Numbered from the stretch's first letter, positions 1-9,739 are shown. The stretch is 64,000 nt of DNA from Alphaproteobacteria bacterium (GCA_965220825.1 OZ244839.1:3077280-3141279), one strand, 5' to 3'. Made by a program: numbers and translations. The notes: generated from the sequence alone by a model not told the origin.

Positions 1-793
1 CGTCGAGCCAGTAGACGCCGTCCATGGCAACGCCGCCGATGACCGGAAGGTCGATGCCCGCGGCCCGGACCTGTTTGAGGATTGGCGTGCCGCCCACGCC
101 GGCGGCGCCGGTGAAAACGATGAAGTCGGCATCCGATTCCTTGATCCGGGTGATCTGTCCGGCCGCCGTGGTGTCGGTCTGCCCGTTGAAGGTGTCGTGG
201 CCCGCGACCGTGCCCAGGCCGTCCTCCCAGCGGGCGCGGAAGTAGCCGGCGAGCTTCTTGGTGTATTCGACCTGGGTATCCTCGAAGATAAAGGGCTTGC
301 GCCACCCTTGGGCGTGCGCCCATTCGGCCATGATCGCGCCTTCGGCGGGGGTGCCGATACCCATGGAGAAGGCGAGGTCGCCGATGCCCTGGACGCCGAA
401 CTTGGGGTCGCCCGCGCAGAGCGAGAAGGCGATCTTGCCTCGGCTCTGGGCGGTGATCGCCGCCGGGCTGCCGAAATCGAAATCGCAGGTTACGAGAACC
501 AGTTCGGCGCCCTGCTCCATCACCGCGATGGCGGCATTGGCCCCTTGCGCGGGGTCGGATTTGGTGTCGGCGGTCACGAACTCGATCTGCCTGCCGAGGA
601 CGCCGCCGGCGGCATTGACGTCGTCGATCGCCAGGATGGCACCCTTGTGCGGGTCGTCGTAGGGCGCGAGGAATCCCGAAAGTGCGATCGCCGCACCGAC
701 GACCACCTTGTCGTCTTCCGCCGCCGCACCCTGCACGAGGCCGCCCGCGGTAATCGCCGCCGCCAGCGCGATGGCACCCGTTCTCCAGCCCAT
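1..793 (-). CDS. ABC transporter periplasmic substrate-binding protein, type I PBP (LivK/amide-binding like), 3' end truncated by window edge
   Basis: Reverse-complement translation starts MGWRTGAIALAAAITAGGLVQGAAAEDDKVVVGAAIALSGFLAPYDDPHKGAILAIDDVNAAGGVLGRQIEF... (signal peptide then Leu/Ile/Val-binding-protein-like fold). ATG at 793-791 preceded by GGAGA RBS. Confidence 0.75.
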   Translation of the reverse strand, partial: MGWRTGAIALAAAITAGGLVQGAAAEDDKVVVGAAIALSGFLAPYDDPHKGAILAIDDVNAAGGVLGRQIEFVTADTKSDPAQGANAAIAVMEQGAELVLVTCDFDFGSPAAITAQSRGKIAFSLCAGDPKFGVQGIGDLAFSMGIGTPAEGAIMAEWAHAQGWRKPFIFEDTQVEYTKKLAGYFRARWEDGLGTVAGHDTFNGQTDTTAAGQITRIKESDADFIVFTGAAGVGGTPILKQVRAAGIDLPVIGGVAMDGVYWLD

Positions 794-977
794 TCTCCGT
801 CTCCTTCCAGCCTGTCGCCGACGGCTCCGCTTGCCGCCGGGGAATACCTTAACGGACCGACCCGGTCCCGCAATGGCTTGTCGAAGGCGGTGTCCCGCGT
901 GGTGCGAACCCTGCCGCGCACAAAACAGGGGCGCGCGGGCCCGTCGATTCGCGTCCTGTTGTCGCGACGAACGCCTG

Positions 978-1739
978 TCAGGTGCGGAAGCCGCCGCCCG
1001 CAGGACCCGATGCGGTGCCGGCGCCGCCGAGCTTGCGGTAGGCCACCGATAGCACCGCCACGGGCACGCCGACGGTCAGGAAGGTCAGGGCGTTGATGAA
1101 GGAGACCATGCCGCCCAGGCCGAAATTGACCAGAACGAACGGCCCGAATATCCCGCCGATGAGGAAGAGCACCATGGCGATGGCGAGGAACGAGAGCAGC
1201 ATGGCGCCCAGCAGCTTGAGCGCGGCACCCTTGAGCAGGCCGTAGGCGGAGGCGAAACCCGCGTATGAATCCACCGCCGTCGCGGGGAAGATCATGGAGA
1301 AGGGCGTGACGATAAGCAGCGTGATCAGCAGAAGCAGAAGTACGAGCCCCGGATCCTGCGCCTGCGCCGCCACCAGGACGATCTCCTGCGGCAGGAGGAA
1401 GAGAACCAGCCGCAGGAAGTATTTGACATCCCGAAGGCCCGGCCAGAATTGCACGGCGACGCTCGTATCCCGTGTTCCCAGCAGGAGATAGCGGTGCCAG
1501 GCCACCGCGAAAACGGCAAGCAGGAAGAGCCGCACCACCTCGTGGACGATGAGCAGCTCGGCGGACTCCATGTCCTGGAGATCGAGCCGGAGAACGGCCG
1601 GCAAGAGTATGGCGAGCACCATGGGGATCGCCGCAAGCCCCAGCATCACGCGGAAGTTGCGAAACGTCAGACGGATCGCCTCGCCGACGGTTGCGTACAC
1701 GCCGAGCGACGGTGGTAACGGGGCACCGGGGCCGTACAT
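978..1739 (-). CDS. hypothetical polytopic membrane protein (about 6 predicted TM helices)
   Basis: 253-aa ORF. Hydrophobic helices such as LGLAAIPMVLAILLPAVL and LLSFLAIAMVLFLIGGIFGPFVLV. Start codon abuts the stop of the upstream FtsX-type permease gene (1740), so it may be co-transcribed. Confidence 0.5.
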   Translation of the reverse strand: MYGPGAPLPPSLGVYATVGEAIRLTFRNFRVMLGLAAIPMVLAILLPAVLRLDLQDMESAELLIVHEVVRLFLLAVFAVAWHRYLLLGTRDTSVAVQFWPGLRDVKYFLRLVLFLLPQEIVLVAAQAQDPGLVLLLLLITLLIVTPFSMIFPATAVDSYAGFASAYGLLKGAALKLLGAMLLSFLAIAMVLFLIGGIFGPFVLVNFGLGGMVSFINALTFLTVGVPVAVLSVAYRKLGGAGTASGPAGGGFRT

Positions 1740-4268
1740 CTATTCCATCCGGAGGAGCGGCGCGGCCTTGCGGCCGAGCGCGCGCCATGTGCTTGCGAAT
1801 CCCAATATCAACGTAATGGTAATACAGGCGGCAGCCATGGCGATTACATATTCCACGCGGAACCGCAACTCCACGCCAAGCACGCCCGTGGTGAAGCCCC
1901 AGGCGGCCAGCGTGCCGATACCGAAAGCGAGCCCCGCCGCAATGCAACCCAGAAGCAGATGCTCGACGAGGAATGCGCGGGTGAGGTCGGCCCGCCGCGC
2001 GCCCAGCACTTTCATGACCACCGCGTCTCGCACGCGCCGCTCGCGGCCTGCGGCGATGGCGCCCGCCATGACCAGCAGGCCGGTGCCGACCGTCACTGCG
2101 GCGACCGCCTGGACTGCGCCGGCGACGCGCCCCAGCATCTCGTCCAACGCGGCGACGACGGCCCGGATCGGAATTGCGGAAATATTGGCGAACCGCTCTG
2201 TCACGCGGCGTTCCAACACGGGTTCCGCCTCGGGTGTCGCGCGGACGGTGGCGAGGTGGATCTGCGGCGCGCCGTCCAGAACGCCCGGCGAGAAGATGGC
2301 GATGAAGTTGATCTCGAGTGCGGTCCAGTCTACTTCGCGCAGGCTCGCGATTTGGGCCGTGACCTCCCGCCCCAGCACATTGAGCGTGAGGGTGTCGCCG
2401 ATGCCGACGCCGAAATCCCGCGCGATCTCGGCGCCGAGCGAGAGCAGCGCCGGGCCCCGGTAGTCCTCGTTCCACCAGCGGCCCTCGACGATCGCCGCAT
2501 TGGCGGGCGGCGTCGCGGCGTAGGAAAGACCGATATCGCTTCGAACCGCCCATTCCGAACCGGGTGCGACATCGGTCTCGCTCACGGGCTTCCCTGCGAT
2601 GCGAATGATGCGACCGCGCAGCATCGGCATTCGTGCGTCCCGCTCCGCGCCTTCCGTCTCGCTCACCAGCCGGTCGAAGGCCTCGGCCTGGCCGGGTTGG
2701 ATATCGACGAAGAAGAAGGCCGGCCGGTCGGCACTGCGCTCGACGAGCCGCGCGCCGAGCGAGGACTGCACCAGGACCAGCGCGATGAGCACGGCAAGCC
2801 CGGTTCCGAGGGAGAGGGCGACGGGGACCGTGGGCGCACCGGTGCGCGAGAGATTGGCAAGCCCGAGACGCAGTGCGAGGCCGCGCCGCGGCCGGGTGCG
2901 CCGGGCTGCGAGCACCACCACAGCAGCCGCTCCCCGGAAGAGTGCGAGAGAGACCGGCACTCCCGCCGCAAACCAGAGCGCGACTTCGGGGAGAGGCGCG
3001 GTGGCGACGACGAGTGCGGCGAGGCCGCCGGCCGCCAGGACCGTGCCGGCGACGGCGGCGAGCGGCGGCCGTCCGCTCGAAGGGTCGACGGCGCTCCGAA
3101 ACAGGAGGCCCGGACGGGTGCGTGCCGCGCGGCCCAGCGGCCAGAGCGAGAAGGTGAGCACGGTCAGCGCCCCGCAGGCCGCCGCGAAGGCCAGCGGCGC
3201 GGCGTGCAGCGTGCCGGATAGCGGCAGGGGGAGCGCGCCCCCGGCAAGGCTCGCGAGCACCGGGGGCAGTGCGGCGCCCAGCGCCAGCCCAACCCCGATC
3301 GCGGCAAGGCCCAGAATGGCGATCTGGATCAGATAGGCAAGCAGCACCACAGCTTGTGTCGCACCCACGCATTTCAGCGTGGCGATGGTGCGGAGCTTGC
3401 CTTCGAGATGATTCGAGACGGCGCTGGCGACGCCAATACCGCCGATCAGAAGCGCAGCCAGGCCGGTGAGTGTCAGGAACGATCCCACCCGGTCCAACTG
3501 GCGCTCGAGGGAGGGATTGGCGTTTCGCGAATCCCGCAGCCGCCAGCCGCCGTCGGGGAAGGCGTGCTCCAGCGCGTCGCTCCACGCTTCGGGCGTCACA
3601 CCGGGCGGGAGGAGGGCCCGATAGCGGTGCCGGCTCATGGTCCCCGGCCGTACCAGGCCGGTCCGCTCGAGGGAGGCGTGGTTCACCATGACGCGTGGGC
3701 CGAGGGCGATGCCCGCCGTGAGCCGGTCCGGCTCTCGGGTGATGACGGCGCGAAGCACGAGCAAAGCGCCGCCGATGCGAATCCTATCGCCGATTTCGAG
3801 TCCGAGCCTTTCGAACAGCCCGCGGTCCGCGGCGACGCCGCCGTCGGCGAGCGCCGCGGGCAGATCCGCACCACCCTCGAGTTCCAGAGTGCCCGTCAGC
3901 GGATAGGCTCCGTCCACCGCCTTCAACTCGATGAGCGAGCGTCGGGTGCCGTCCTCCGAATGCGCCATGCCGCGCATGGTGACGATATGGGAGACCGCCT
4001 GCGCCTCGGCCGCGAGCCAGTCCTCGGCGTCCGGCGGCAGGGGCCGGGAAAACTGCGCCAGTTCCACATCGCCGCCCAGGATCGTGCGCGCCTCCCGCGC
4101 GAGCCCAGCCTGTAGCGCTTCGGTCAGCGAGCCGATTCCTGCGATAACGGCAACGCCCAGAGCGAGGCAGGCGAGGAAGATGCCGAATCCCCGCACGCCG
4201 CTTCGGAGCTCCCGCCGGGCGATGCGCCAAGCGGGTCCCGCAAGGCCGGTCCCCGAAGTGCCGCCCAC
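1740..4268 (-). CDS. ABC transporter permease, FtsX family with two FtsX domains (YbbP-like)
   Basis: 842 aa. N-terminus MGG..WRIARRELRSGVRGFGIFLACLALGVAV typical of YbbP. Repeated 4-TM FtsX modules. 3-nt gap to the upstream ATPase gene. Confidence 0.85.
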   Translation of the reverse strand: MGGTSGTGLAGPAWRIARRELRSGVRGFGIFLACLALGVAVIAGIGSLTEALQAGLAREARTILGGDVELAQFSRPLPPDAEDWLAAEAQAVSHIVTMRGMAHSEDGTRRSLIELKAVDGAYPLTGTLELEGGADLPAALADGGVAADRGLFERLGLEIGDRIRIGGALLVLRAVITREPDRLTAGIALGPRVMVNHASLERTGLVRPGTMSRHRYRALLPPGVTPEAWSDALEHAFPDGGWRLRDSRNANPSLERQLDRVGSFLTLTGLAALLIGGIGVASAVSNHLEGKLRTIATLKCVGATQAVVLLAYLIQIAILGLAAIGVGLALGAALPPVLASLAGGALPLPLSGTLHAAPLAFAAACGALTVLTFSLWPLGRAARTRPGLLFRSAVDPSSGRPPLAAVAGTVLAAGGLAALVVATAPLPEVALWFAAGVPVSLALFRGAAAVVVLAARRTRPRRGLALRLGLANLSRTGAPTVPVALSLGTGLAVLIALVLVQSSLGARLVERSADRPAFFFVDIQPGQAEAFDRLVSETEGAERDARMPMLRGRIIRIAGKPVSETDVAPGSEWAVRSDIGLSYAATPPANAAIVEGRWWNEDYRGPALLSLGAEIARDFGVGIGDTLTLNVLGREVTAQIASLREVDWTALEINFIAIFSPGVLDGAPQIHLATVRATPEAEPVLERRVTERFANISAIPIRAVVAALDEMLGRVAGAVQAVAAVTVGTGLLVMAGAIAAGRERRVRDAVVMKVLGARRADLTRAFLVEHLLLGCIAAGLAFGIGTLAAWGFTTGVLGVELRFRVEYVIAMAAACITITLILGFASTWRALGRKAAPLLRME

Positions 4269-4271
4269 GGC

Positions 4272-4961
4272 TCAGGCCGTGCCGGCGGGCGGGTCCGCGA
4301 TGCGCCCGTCGGCGATATGCACCATGCGGTCGCAGCGTCCGGCCAGCCCTCTGTCATGGGTTACGAGCACCAGGGTCGAGCCCCGCTCGGCGCGAAGCTC
4401 GAGGAGCCGCTCCATCACGGCGTAGCCGGTCTCGCCGTCCAGATTTCCGGTGGGCTCGTCCGCGAGCAGCACGGCGGGGGCCGGCGCAAAGGCGCGGGCG
4501 AGGGCCACACGCTGCTGTTCGCCGCCGGAAAGCTGGCCGGGATAGTGCTGAAGCCGGTGGCCGAGCCCCACGCTCTCCAATGCGGCCCCGGCCTCGCCGA
4601 AAGGGTTCGGATGGGCGCCGAGCTCGAGCGGAAGCGCCACATTTTCGAGTGCGGTCATGGTGGGGATCAGGTGAAACGCCTGAAATACGATGCCGACCGA
4701 CTTGCAGCGGAAGGCGGCAAGCGCGCTCTCGTTCAACGCGCCGATGTCCGTGCCGACGACCGCGACCCGGCCCTTGTCGGCCTTCTCCAGGCCCGCGACG
4801 ACCGCGAGCAGGGTGGACTTGCCGGCGCCCGACGGCCCCAGCACGGCAATGCTCTCACCGCGCGCCGCGGTCAGCGAGATGCCGCGGAGGACATCGACAG
4901 GCCCCGCGCGGCTGTTGAGAGTAAGATGGACATCTTCGAGGGCCACGGCCGGATCATCCAT
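4272..4961 (-). CDS. ABC transporter ATP-binding protein (YbbA/LolD-like)
   Basis: Walker [10 protein letters not shown], signature [14 protein letters not shown], Walker [13 protein letters not shown]-loop VTHD. Confidence 0.85.
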   Translation of the reverse strand: MDDPAVALEDVHLTLNSRAGPVDVLRGISLTAARGESIAVLGPSGAGKSTLLAVVAGLEKADKGRVAVVGTDIGALNESALAAFRCKSVGIVFQAFHLIPTMTALENVALPLELGAHPNPFGEAGAALESVGLGHRLQHYPGQLSGGEQQRVALARAFAPAPAVLLADEPTGNLDGETGYAVMERLLELRAERGSTLVLVTHDRGLAGRCDRMVHIADGRIADPPAGTA

Positions 4962-5637
4962 GCTTTATCGCCTTTCCGTCCCGCGCGGTGCGCGCCTCGT
5001 CGCCGCCGCGCTCGCCGTCCTCTCCGTCGCGGTCTTGTGGTCTGCACCGCTCGGCCACGCCCGCGCCGCCGGCGACGAACCCATCATCCTCGTTTTCGGT
5101 GACAGTCTGACAGCTGGCTATGGGCTCGCGGCGGAGGAGGCATTCCCCGCCCGGCTCGAAGAGGCTCTCCGCGCAAAGGGCCTGGACTGGCGCGTCGTCA
5201 ATGGCGGGGTTTCGGGCGATACCAGCGCCGGGGGGCTCGCGCGTATCGATTGGGCGCTGGCCGACCGGCCGGAGATCGTGATCGTCGAACTCGGCGCGAA
5301 TGACGGCCTGCGCGGCCTGCCGACGGAACAACTCGAGGCCAATCTCGATGCCATCCTCGACCGGGTGCGGGAGGCGGGCGCCGCGATTCTGTTCGCCGGC
5401 ATGCGCGCACCGGCCAATTTCGGCGCGGATTATGCGGCCCGTTTCGAGGCCGTCTACCGGGCCCTTGCGGCGCGGCACGAGGTCGCCTTCTACCCGTTCT
5501 TTCTCGAGGGCGTGGCCATGGTGCCCGAACTGAATCAGCCGGACGGCATCCATCCGAACGCGGCCGGCGTGGTCGAAATCGTGAAACGCATTCTGAGCCA
5601 TGTGACGGCGGTTATTGCCGCGCGCACGAGCGGCTGA
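4960..5637 (+). CDS. tesA: SGNH/GDSL arylesterase - acyl-CoA thioesterase I family (TesA-like), secreted
   Basis: Signal peptide followed by GDSLTAGYG block. GANDGLRG and DGIHP motifs (catalytic Ser-Asp-His of SGNH hydrolases). Divergent from ybbA-ybbP as in E. coli. Confidence 0.8.
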   Translation: MLYRLSVPRGARLVAAALAVLSVAVLWSAPLGHARAAGDEPIILVFGDSLTAGYGLAAEEAFPARLEEALRAKGLDWRVVNGGVSGDTSAGGLARIDWALADRPEIVIVELGANDGLRGLPTEQLEANLDAILDRVREAGAAILFAGMRAPANFGADYAARFEAVYRALAARHEVAFYPFFLEGVAMVPELNQPDGIHPNAAGVVEIVKRILSHVTAVIAARTSG

Positions 5638-5652
5638 GGCACGGTACACGCC

Positions 5653-6210
5653 ATGAGCCGCTTGTTCACGGCCGTCACGCCGCCGGAGTCCGTTCGCCAG
5701 CAGCTCGCGGGCCTTTGCGGGGGCGTGCCCGGTGCGCGGTGGCAGGATCCGGAGCGGATGCATATCACGCTCCGTTTCATCGGAGAGGTGGACGCCACGG
5801 CCTTCGTCGAGATTCGGGATGCGCTCTCTGATGTGGAAGCGCCGTCGTTCTCCCTCATGCTGGAAGGCGTTGGCTGTTTCCCTCTGCGCGGGCCGGCGCG
5901 GGTGCTGTGGGTGGGTGTTACGCTTGATCCGGCGCTCGCACGCCTGCGCCGCCGCACGGATTCCGCGCTTGCCCATGTCGGATATGGGCCCGAGAGCCGC
6001 AATTTCTCGCCTCATGTCACCATCGCCCGCTTCGCCGCGCGGGCGCCCGCGCGGCGGCTGCGGGAGTTCCTGGCCTGGCATGGGGGTTTCCGCGCGGGGC
6101 CCTTTCCGGTGTGCTCCTTTGCGCTCATGTCGAGCAGCCTCGGTGAGGACGGCCCCCACTACACCACGGAGGCCCGCTATCCTCTTCTCGATGCGGGAGA
6201 GCGTCTCTGA
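5653..6210 (+). CDS. thpR: RNA 2',3'-cyclic phosphodiesterase (2H phosphoesterase, ThpR/LigT)
   Basis: Two H-x-T-x motifs (HITLRF and HVTIARF), about 185 aa, typical LigT architecture. Confidence 0.8.
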   Translation: MSRLFTAVTPPESVRQQLAGLCGGVPGARWQDPERMHITLRFIGEVDATAFVEIRDALSDVEAPSFSLMLEGVGCFPLRGPARVLWVGVTLDPALARLRRRTDSALAHVGYGPESRNFSPHVTIARFAARAPARRLREFLAWHGGFRAGPFPVCSFALMSSSLGEDGPHYTTEARYPLLDAGERL

Positions 6211-6218
6211 CGGCGACG

Positions 6219-6617
6219 TCAAACCGCCGACTCTATGCGTTCCATGTCTTCGTCCGAGAAGCCGAAATGGTGGCCGATCTCATGGATCAGTACATGGTGC
6301 ACGAGCTCTTCCAGCGTGCCGCCCGTCTCAACCCAGTAGTCGAGGAGCGGCCTGCGGTAGAGAAACACCATGTCCACATCCTGGCGCACGTCGCCGACGC
6401 CGCTTCGGTCCAGGGAAACGCCGCTATAGAGGCCCAGCAGGTCGAACGGGCTCTCGAGCGCCATGTCCTTCTGGACCTCCTCGCTCGGGAATTCCTCGAC
6501 CCGGATCATCACTTCGTCGACGCATTCGCGCAGGAAGGCGGGGATGCGGCGGTATTCCCGATCCGCGATGCGTTCGATGTCCGCCGCGCTCGGGGGCGTG
6601 AGGCCGCCGCCGGCCAT
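6219..6617 (-). CDS. small zincin-like metallopeptidase (HExxH)
   Basis: 132 aa ending ...VLIHEIGHHFGFSDEDMERIE. HEIGHH zinc-binding motif. 19 nt downstream of the CCD gene on the same strand. Confidence 0.6.
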   Translation of the reverse strand: MAGGGLTPPSAADIERIADREYRRIPAFLRECVDEVMIRVEEFPSEEVQKDMALESPFDLLGLYSGVSLDRSGVGDVRQDVDMVFLYRRPLLDYWVETGGTLEELVHHVLIHEIGHHFGFSDEDMERIESAV

Positions 6618-6636
6618 GATGCGGGCGGGCTTCAGC

Positions 6637-8202
6637 CTATCCCGCGCGCCACTGGCCGTGGAGGCCGAGGGGCAGCGGATAGGGGAGCGCGGCTTGCGCG
6701 ATGGGGCCGTCCGCCGGCGCCGTGGCGTCGAACACGGAAAGCCGCGTGATCCTCTCGCCGATATCCAGCGACGTGCCGAGGAGCCAGCCGTCGTCCTCCG
6801 TTCTGCCGCCGGGTTTCGGCACGAAGACATGCTCCTCGGGGATGATCCCGGGTCCGTAGTCGAAGCGGACGATGTCGCCGGTCTCGTGGTCGAAGCGGGC
6901 GAGGCCGCGGCCGGCCCCCGTGTAGGCGCTCGCATTTTCGTCCGAGTCCCAGTCCCAGGATTCCCCCAGAAGGAAATATTCGTAGCGGTGGCGGCGGCTG
7001 ACGGCGGCCGGCGCGATACGCGGGAATTCCGCGGCGAAGGGGGCGGTTTCCTGTGCCGCAGCCTTGCCGCCCGGCCGCAGCACGACACGCGCGAAGCGGG
7101 TGGGCGCGTCCGGCGGGCGCCACTCGCCGCGCATGACCGAGCGGAGGGTTTCCGTAAGGATGGAGCCGTTCTCGGCAACGCAATAGGTGAAGCAGATCGT
7201 GCCGTCCGATTCCTCCCACGCATTGCCGAAATGGAAGGTGAAACCGGTGGGCAGAGTATAGAGGTGCCGTTCGGCGGTATCGTCCTTGGCGATGGTGAGT
7301 ACCTGGAGTCCGAGTTCGGGCCGCCAGACGAAGCCGTCCAGCAAGGCGCCGTCGGCCATGACCTCGGGTTCGAAGGTGAAGGGAGACAGGGCGAAAACGA
7401 GATGGCGCTCGGTGACGGCGAAATCGTGCACGACCGCCGGTATGAAGGGCAGTTCCGGCAGCGGTACCGCTTCTGCGCCGATCAGCGTGCCGTCGGCGGC
7501 GATGCGGTAGAGCACCACCAGCTTGCGGTCCAGCGTGACGCCGAAGTTCCAGATCGTGCCGTCCGGCTCCTGCTTGTAGTGGGCGGAGAAGGGAACGCCC
7601 TTGAGCTCCTGGTTCCAGACCTTGAGCCCCAGGGTCTCCAGAGTCCCCGGATCGAGCCGGTGGGCGGAGCCGCCCTCCCAGAGCGCGAGCACCTCGTCGC
7701 CCAGCGGCAACAGGTTGATATTGGCGGTATTCAGGTCATCGGGGCGCATCACCGGGGCATCGCGGATCGCGGTACCGAAGCTCGGATAGACCAAGCGCCC
7801 GGCTTTCTCTTCCGCCAGGCGCTTTTTGGTCTGGACGAAACGCCCCCTGTGGCTCGCGCGCCCAGCTGAAAACCGAAAGGCCTGGACCATGCCGTCGCCG
7901 TCGAACCAGTGCCGGTAACGCAGGCCGGCGCGCTCATGTTGCGCGGGGCCGACGCGGTAGAACGTGCCGGCGAGCTCTTCGGGAAGGCGGCCCTCCAGCG
8001 CGAGGTCCGGTGCGTCGAAGGCGGGCCTCAGCGCGGTCTGCCAGCCCAGGAAGCTGGGGTCGGAAGCAAGAGCCGTGTCGAACCGGGTCTTCCAGGAGGC
8101 GGCTTCGGCCGTCGCGGGCCGGGGCTGTGCGAGATGCGCGCCTGCGGCTGAAACGAGGCCGGCCGCCGTTAACGTCCTCAGCACTTCTCTTCGCGTCAGC
8201 AC
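6637..8202 (-). CDS. carotenoid cleavage oxygenase family protein (RPE65/CCD/lignostilbene dioxygenase-like), Tat-exported
   Basis: 521 aa. Twin-arginine signal MLTRREVLRTLTAAGLVSAAGA. Conserved His-containing blocks (HDFAVTERH, FHFGNAWEE, LHGQW) of the CCD family. Confidence 0.8.
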   Translation of the reverse strand: MLTRREVLRTLTAAGLVSAAGAHLAQPRPATAEAASWKTRFDTALASDPSFLGWQTALRPAFDAPDLALEGRLPEELAGTFYRVGPAQHERAGLRYRHWFDGDGMVQAFRFSAGRASHRGRFVQTKKRLAEEKAGRLVYPSFGTAIRDAPVMRPDDLNTANINLLPLGDEVLALWEGGSAHRLDPGTLETLGLKVWNQELKGVPFSAHYKQEPDGTIWNFGVTLDRKLVVLYRIAADGTLIGAEAVPLPELPFIPAVVHDFAVTERHLVFALSPFTFEPEVMADGALLDGFVWRPELGLQVLTIAKDDTAERHLYTLPTGFTFHFGNAWEESDGTICFTYCVAENGSILTETLRSVMRGEWRPPDAPTRFARVVLRPGGKAAAQETAPFAAEFPRIAPAAVSRRHRYEYFLLGESWDWDSDENASAYTGAGRGLARFDHETGDIVRFDYGPGIIPEEHVFVPKPGGRTEDDGWLLGTSLDIGERITRLSVFDATAPADGPIAQAALPYPLPLGLHGQWRAG

Positions 8203-8215
8203 GACCGGTCTCTCC

Positions 8216-8662
8216 TCAATAACTCAGGACGATCTCTGTGGTGCGCTCACCCTCCTCCACCGCGACGGCGGCATCGTCGAATCTGGGCGGGCCGAAGCTT
8301 CCCTGCGCCTTCTCGGAAAAACCGAATCCCTCGATGGGTATCCCGAGGAGATTCTCGTCGAGCGTGTTGTTGGCATCTTCGTCATGGAACGCCGCCACGG
8401 CATATTTGCCTGGCGGCAGATCGGCGAACACGATATCGACGGTGCCGGGCATGGCCTTCCGCCACTGCGCGGCGAGCACGCCGCTTTCCGAAGGGAAGCC
8501 GCCGTCGCCGTCGGGCGCATGCAGTGCGGCCCGCAGCAGGCCGTCCGAACTCTTGACCCCCTGGATCTGTACTCTAAGGTCGCCTGCAACAAGAGGCTCC
8601 GCCGCCAACAGGCCACAGGCGAGCGCTGCGGCGGTCAGCGTCGCTTTGGGAAAACATTGCAT
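8216..8662 (-). CDS. secreted DUF2141-domain protein
   Basis: 148 aa with signal peptide. Motif YAVAAFHDEDANNTLDENLLGIPIEGFGFS characteristic of DUF2141. 13 nt upstream of the CCD gene on the same strand. Confidence 0.65.
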   Translation of the reverse strand: MQCFPKATLTAAALACGLLAAEPLVAGDLRVQIQGVKSSDGLLRAALHAPDGDGGFPSESGVLAAQWRKAMPGTVDIVFADLPPGKYAVAAFHDEDANNTLDENLLGIPIEGFGFSEKAQGSFGPPRFDDAAVAVEEGERTTEIVLSY

Positions 8663-8789
8663 TGCTGGGTTCCTGTGTGTGAACGGCCGGGTCGGGCTCT
8701 CCCGACGCAGCCATGTCTGGATCGACGAAGCGGAACATAGGGTGGGTCGGTATCCGTTTTCAAGTGCCCGGCGGTGACGGGGGCGCAGA

Positions 8790-9674
8790 ATGACCGGGAT
8801 TCTGTGGATTGCCTCCTACCCCAAGTCGGGCAATACGTGGATGCGGGCGTTCCTGCACAATCTGTTCCGCAACGCGCGCACGCCCTTCGACATCAACAGC
8901 ATGTCCGAGCTCACGGCGGGAGACAGCCAGGCTCGTTGGTTCGCCCGCATCGATCCGCGCCCGCCGACGGCGCTGAGCAGGGCCGAACTCGCGCGACTCC
9001 GGCCCGAGGCCCATGCGCTCATCGCCGGCAGCGCGCCGGACACCGTCATGGTCAAGACCCACAACGCCCATGTGGAAGTCGGCGGTGTTCCCATGATCAC
9101 GCCGGCGCTCACCGCGGGCGTCCTCTATGTGGTGCGCAATCCGTTGGACGTCGCAGTCTCCTATGCGCACCATCTGGGTATTTCGGTGGACGACGCCGTA
9201 ACGGTGATGGCGACACCGGGGTTCGAGACGCCGGCGTCCGAGACCCATGTGCCCGAACATCACGGCGACTGGTCGAGTCATGTGCTGAGTTGGACCGCGC
9301 GCCCCCATCCCGGCCTCCACGTGGTGCGCTATGAAGACATGACCAAGCGGCCGGGCTCCACCTTTCGCGGCGTCGCCAAGTTTCTCAGCCTGCGGCCGCC
9401 CCGAGAACGCCTTGAGCGCGCCATCCGGCAGTCGTCCTTCAAGGTGCTGCGGGCCCAGGAGGAGAAATCGGGCTTCGTCGAGCGCACACCCGCCCAGGAC
9501 CGGTTCTTCCGTTCGGGCAAGGCGGACGGCTGGCGCAGTGTGCTCGAGGAACACCAGATACGGGCCGTCGTGGCGCACCACGGCATTCAGATGGCCCGTT
9601 TCGGCTATGTACCGGCGGGCTACGAGGACGCCGTGCCGAAGGGGGTTGAAGACGCGCCACAGGACGCGCCATGA
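8790..9674 (+). CDS. PAPS-dependent sulfotransferase family protein
   Basis: 5'-PSB loop SYPKSGNTW and 3'-PB motif RNPLDVAVS. 294 aa, no signal peptide. Confidence 0.8.
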   Translation: MTGILWIASYPKSGNTWMRAFLHNLFRNARTPFDINSMSELTAGDSQARWFARIDPRPPTALSRAELARLRPEAHALIAGSAPDTVMVKTHNAHVEVGGVPMITPALTAGVLYVVRNPLDVAVSYAHHLGISVDDAVTVMATPGFETPASETHVPEHHGDWSSHVLSWTARPHPGLHVVRYEDMTKRPGSTFRGVAKFLSLRPPRERLERAIRQSSFKVLRAQEEKSGFVERTPAQDRFFRSGKADGWRSVLEEHQIRAVVAHHGIQMARFGYVPAGYEDAVPKGVEDAPQDAP

Positions 9675-9739
9675 CACGGGGGCCGGGTTCTAAGCCCTGA
9701 AGCGCGCCTTCGCGCACCGCGTGACGGCGAACGCGGTCG

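Noticed and set aside
574-3585. Very long ORFs on the strand opposite to recognisable genes (e.g. 574..3585 -, 18622..22059 -, 24348..27806 -, 53783..57118 -, 37365..39476 -)
   Set aside because: Products are Arg/Ala/Gly/Pro-rich low-complexity strings with no motifs, and they overlap well-supported genes (gyrB, pheT, glutamate-synthase-like etc.). These are typical stop-codon-poor antisense frames of high-GC DNA.
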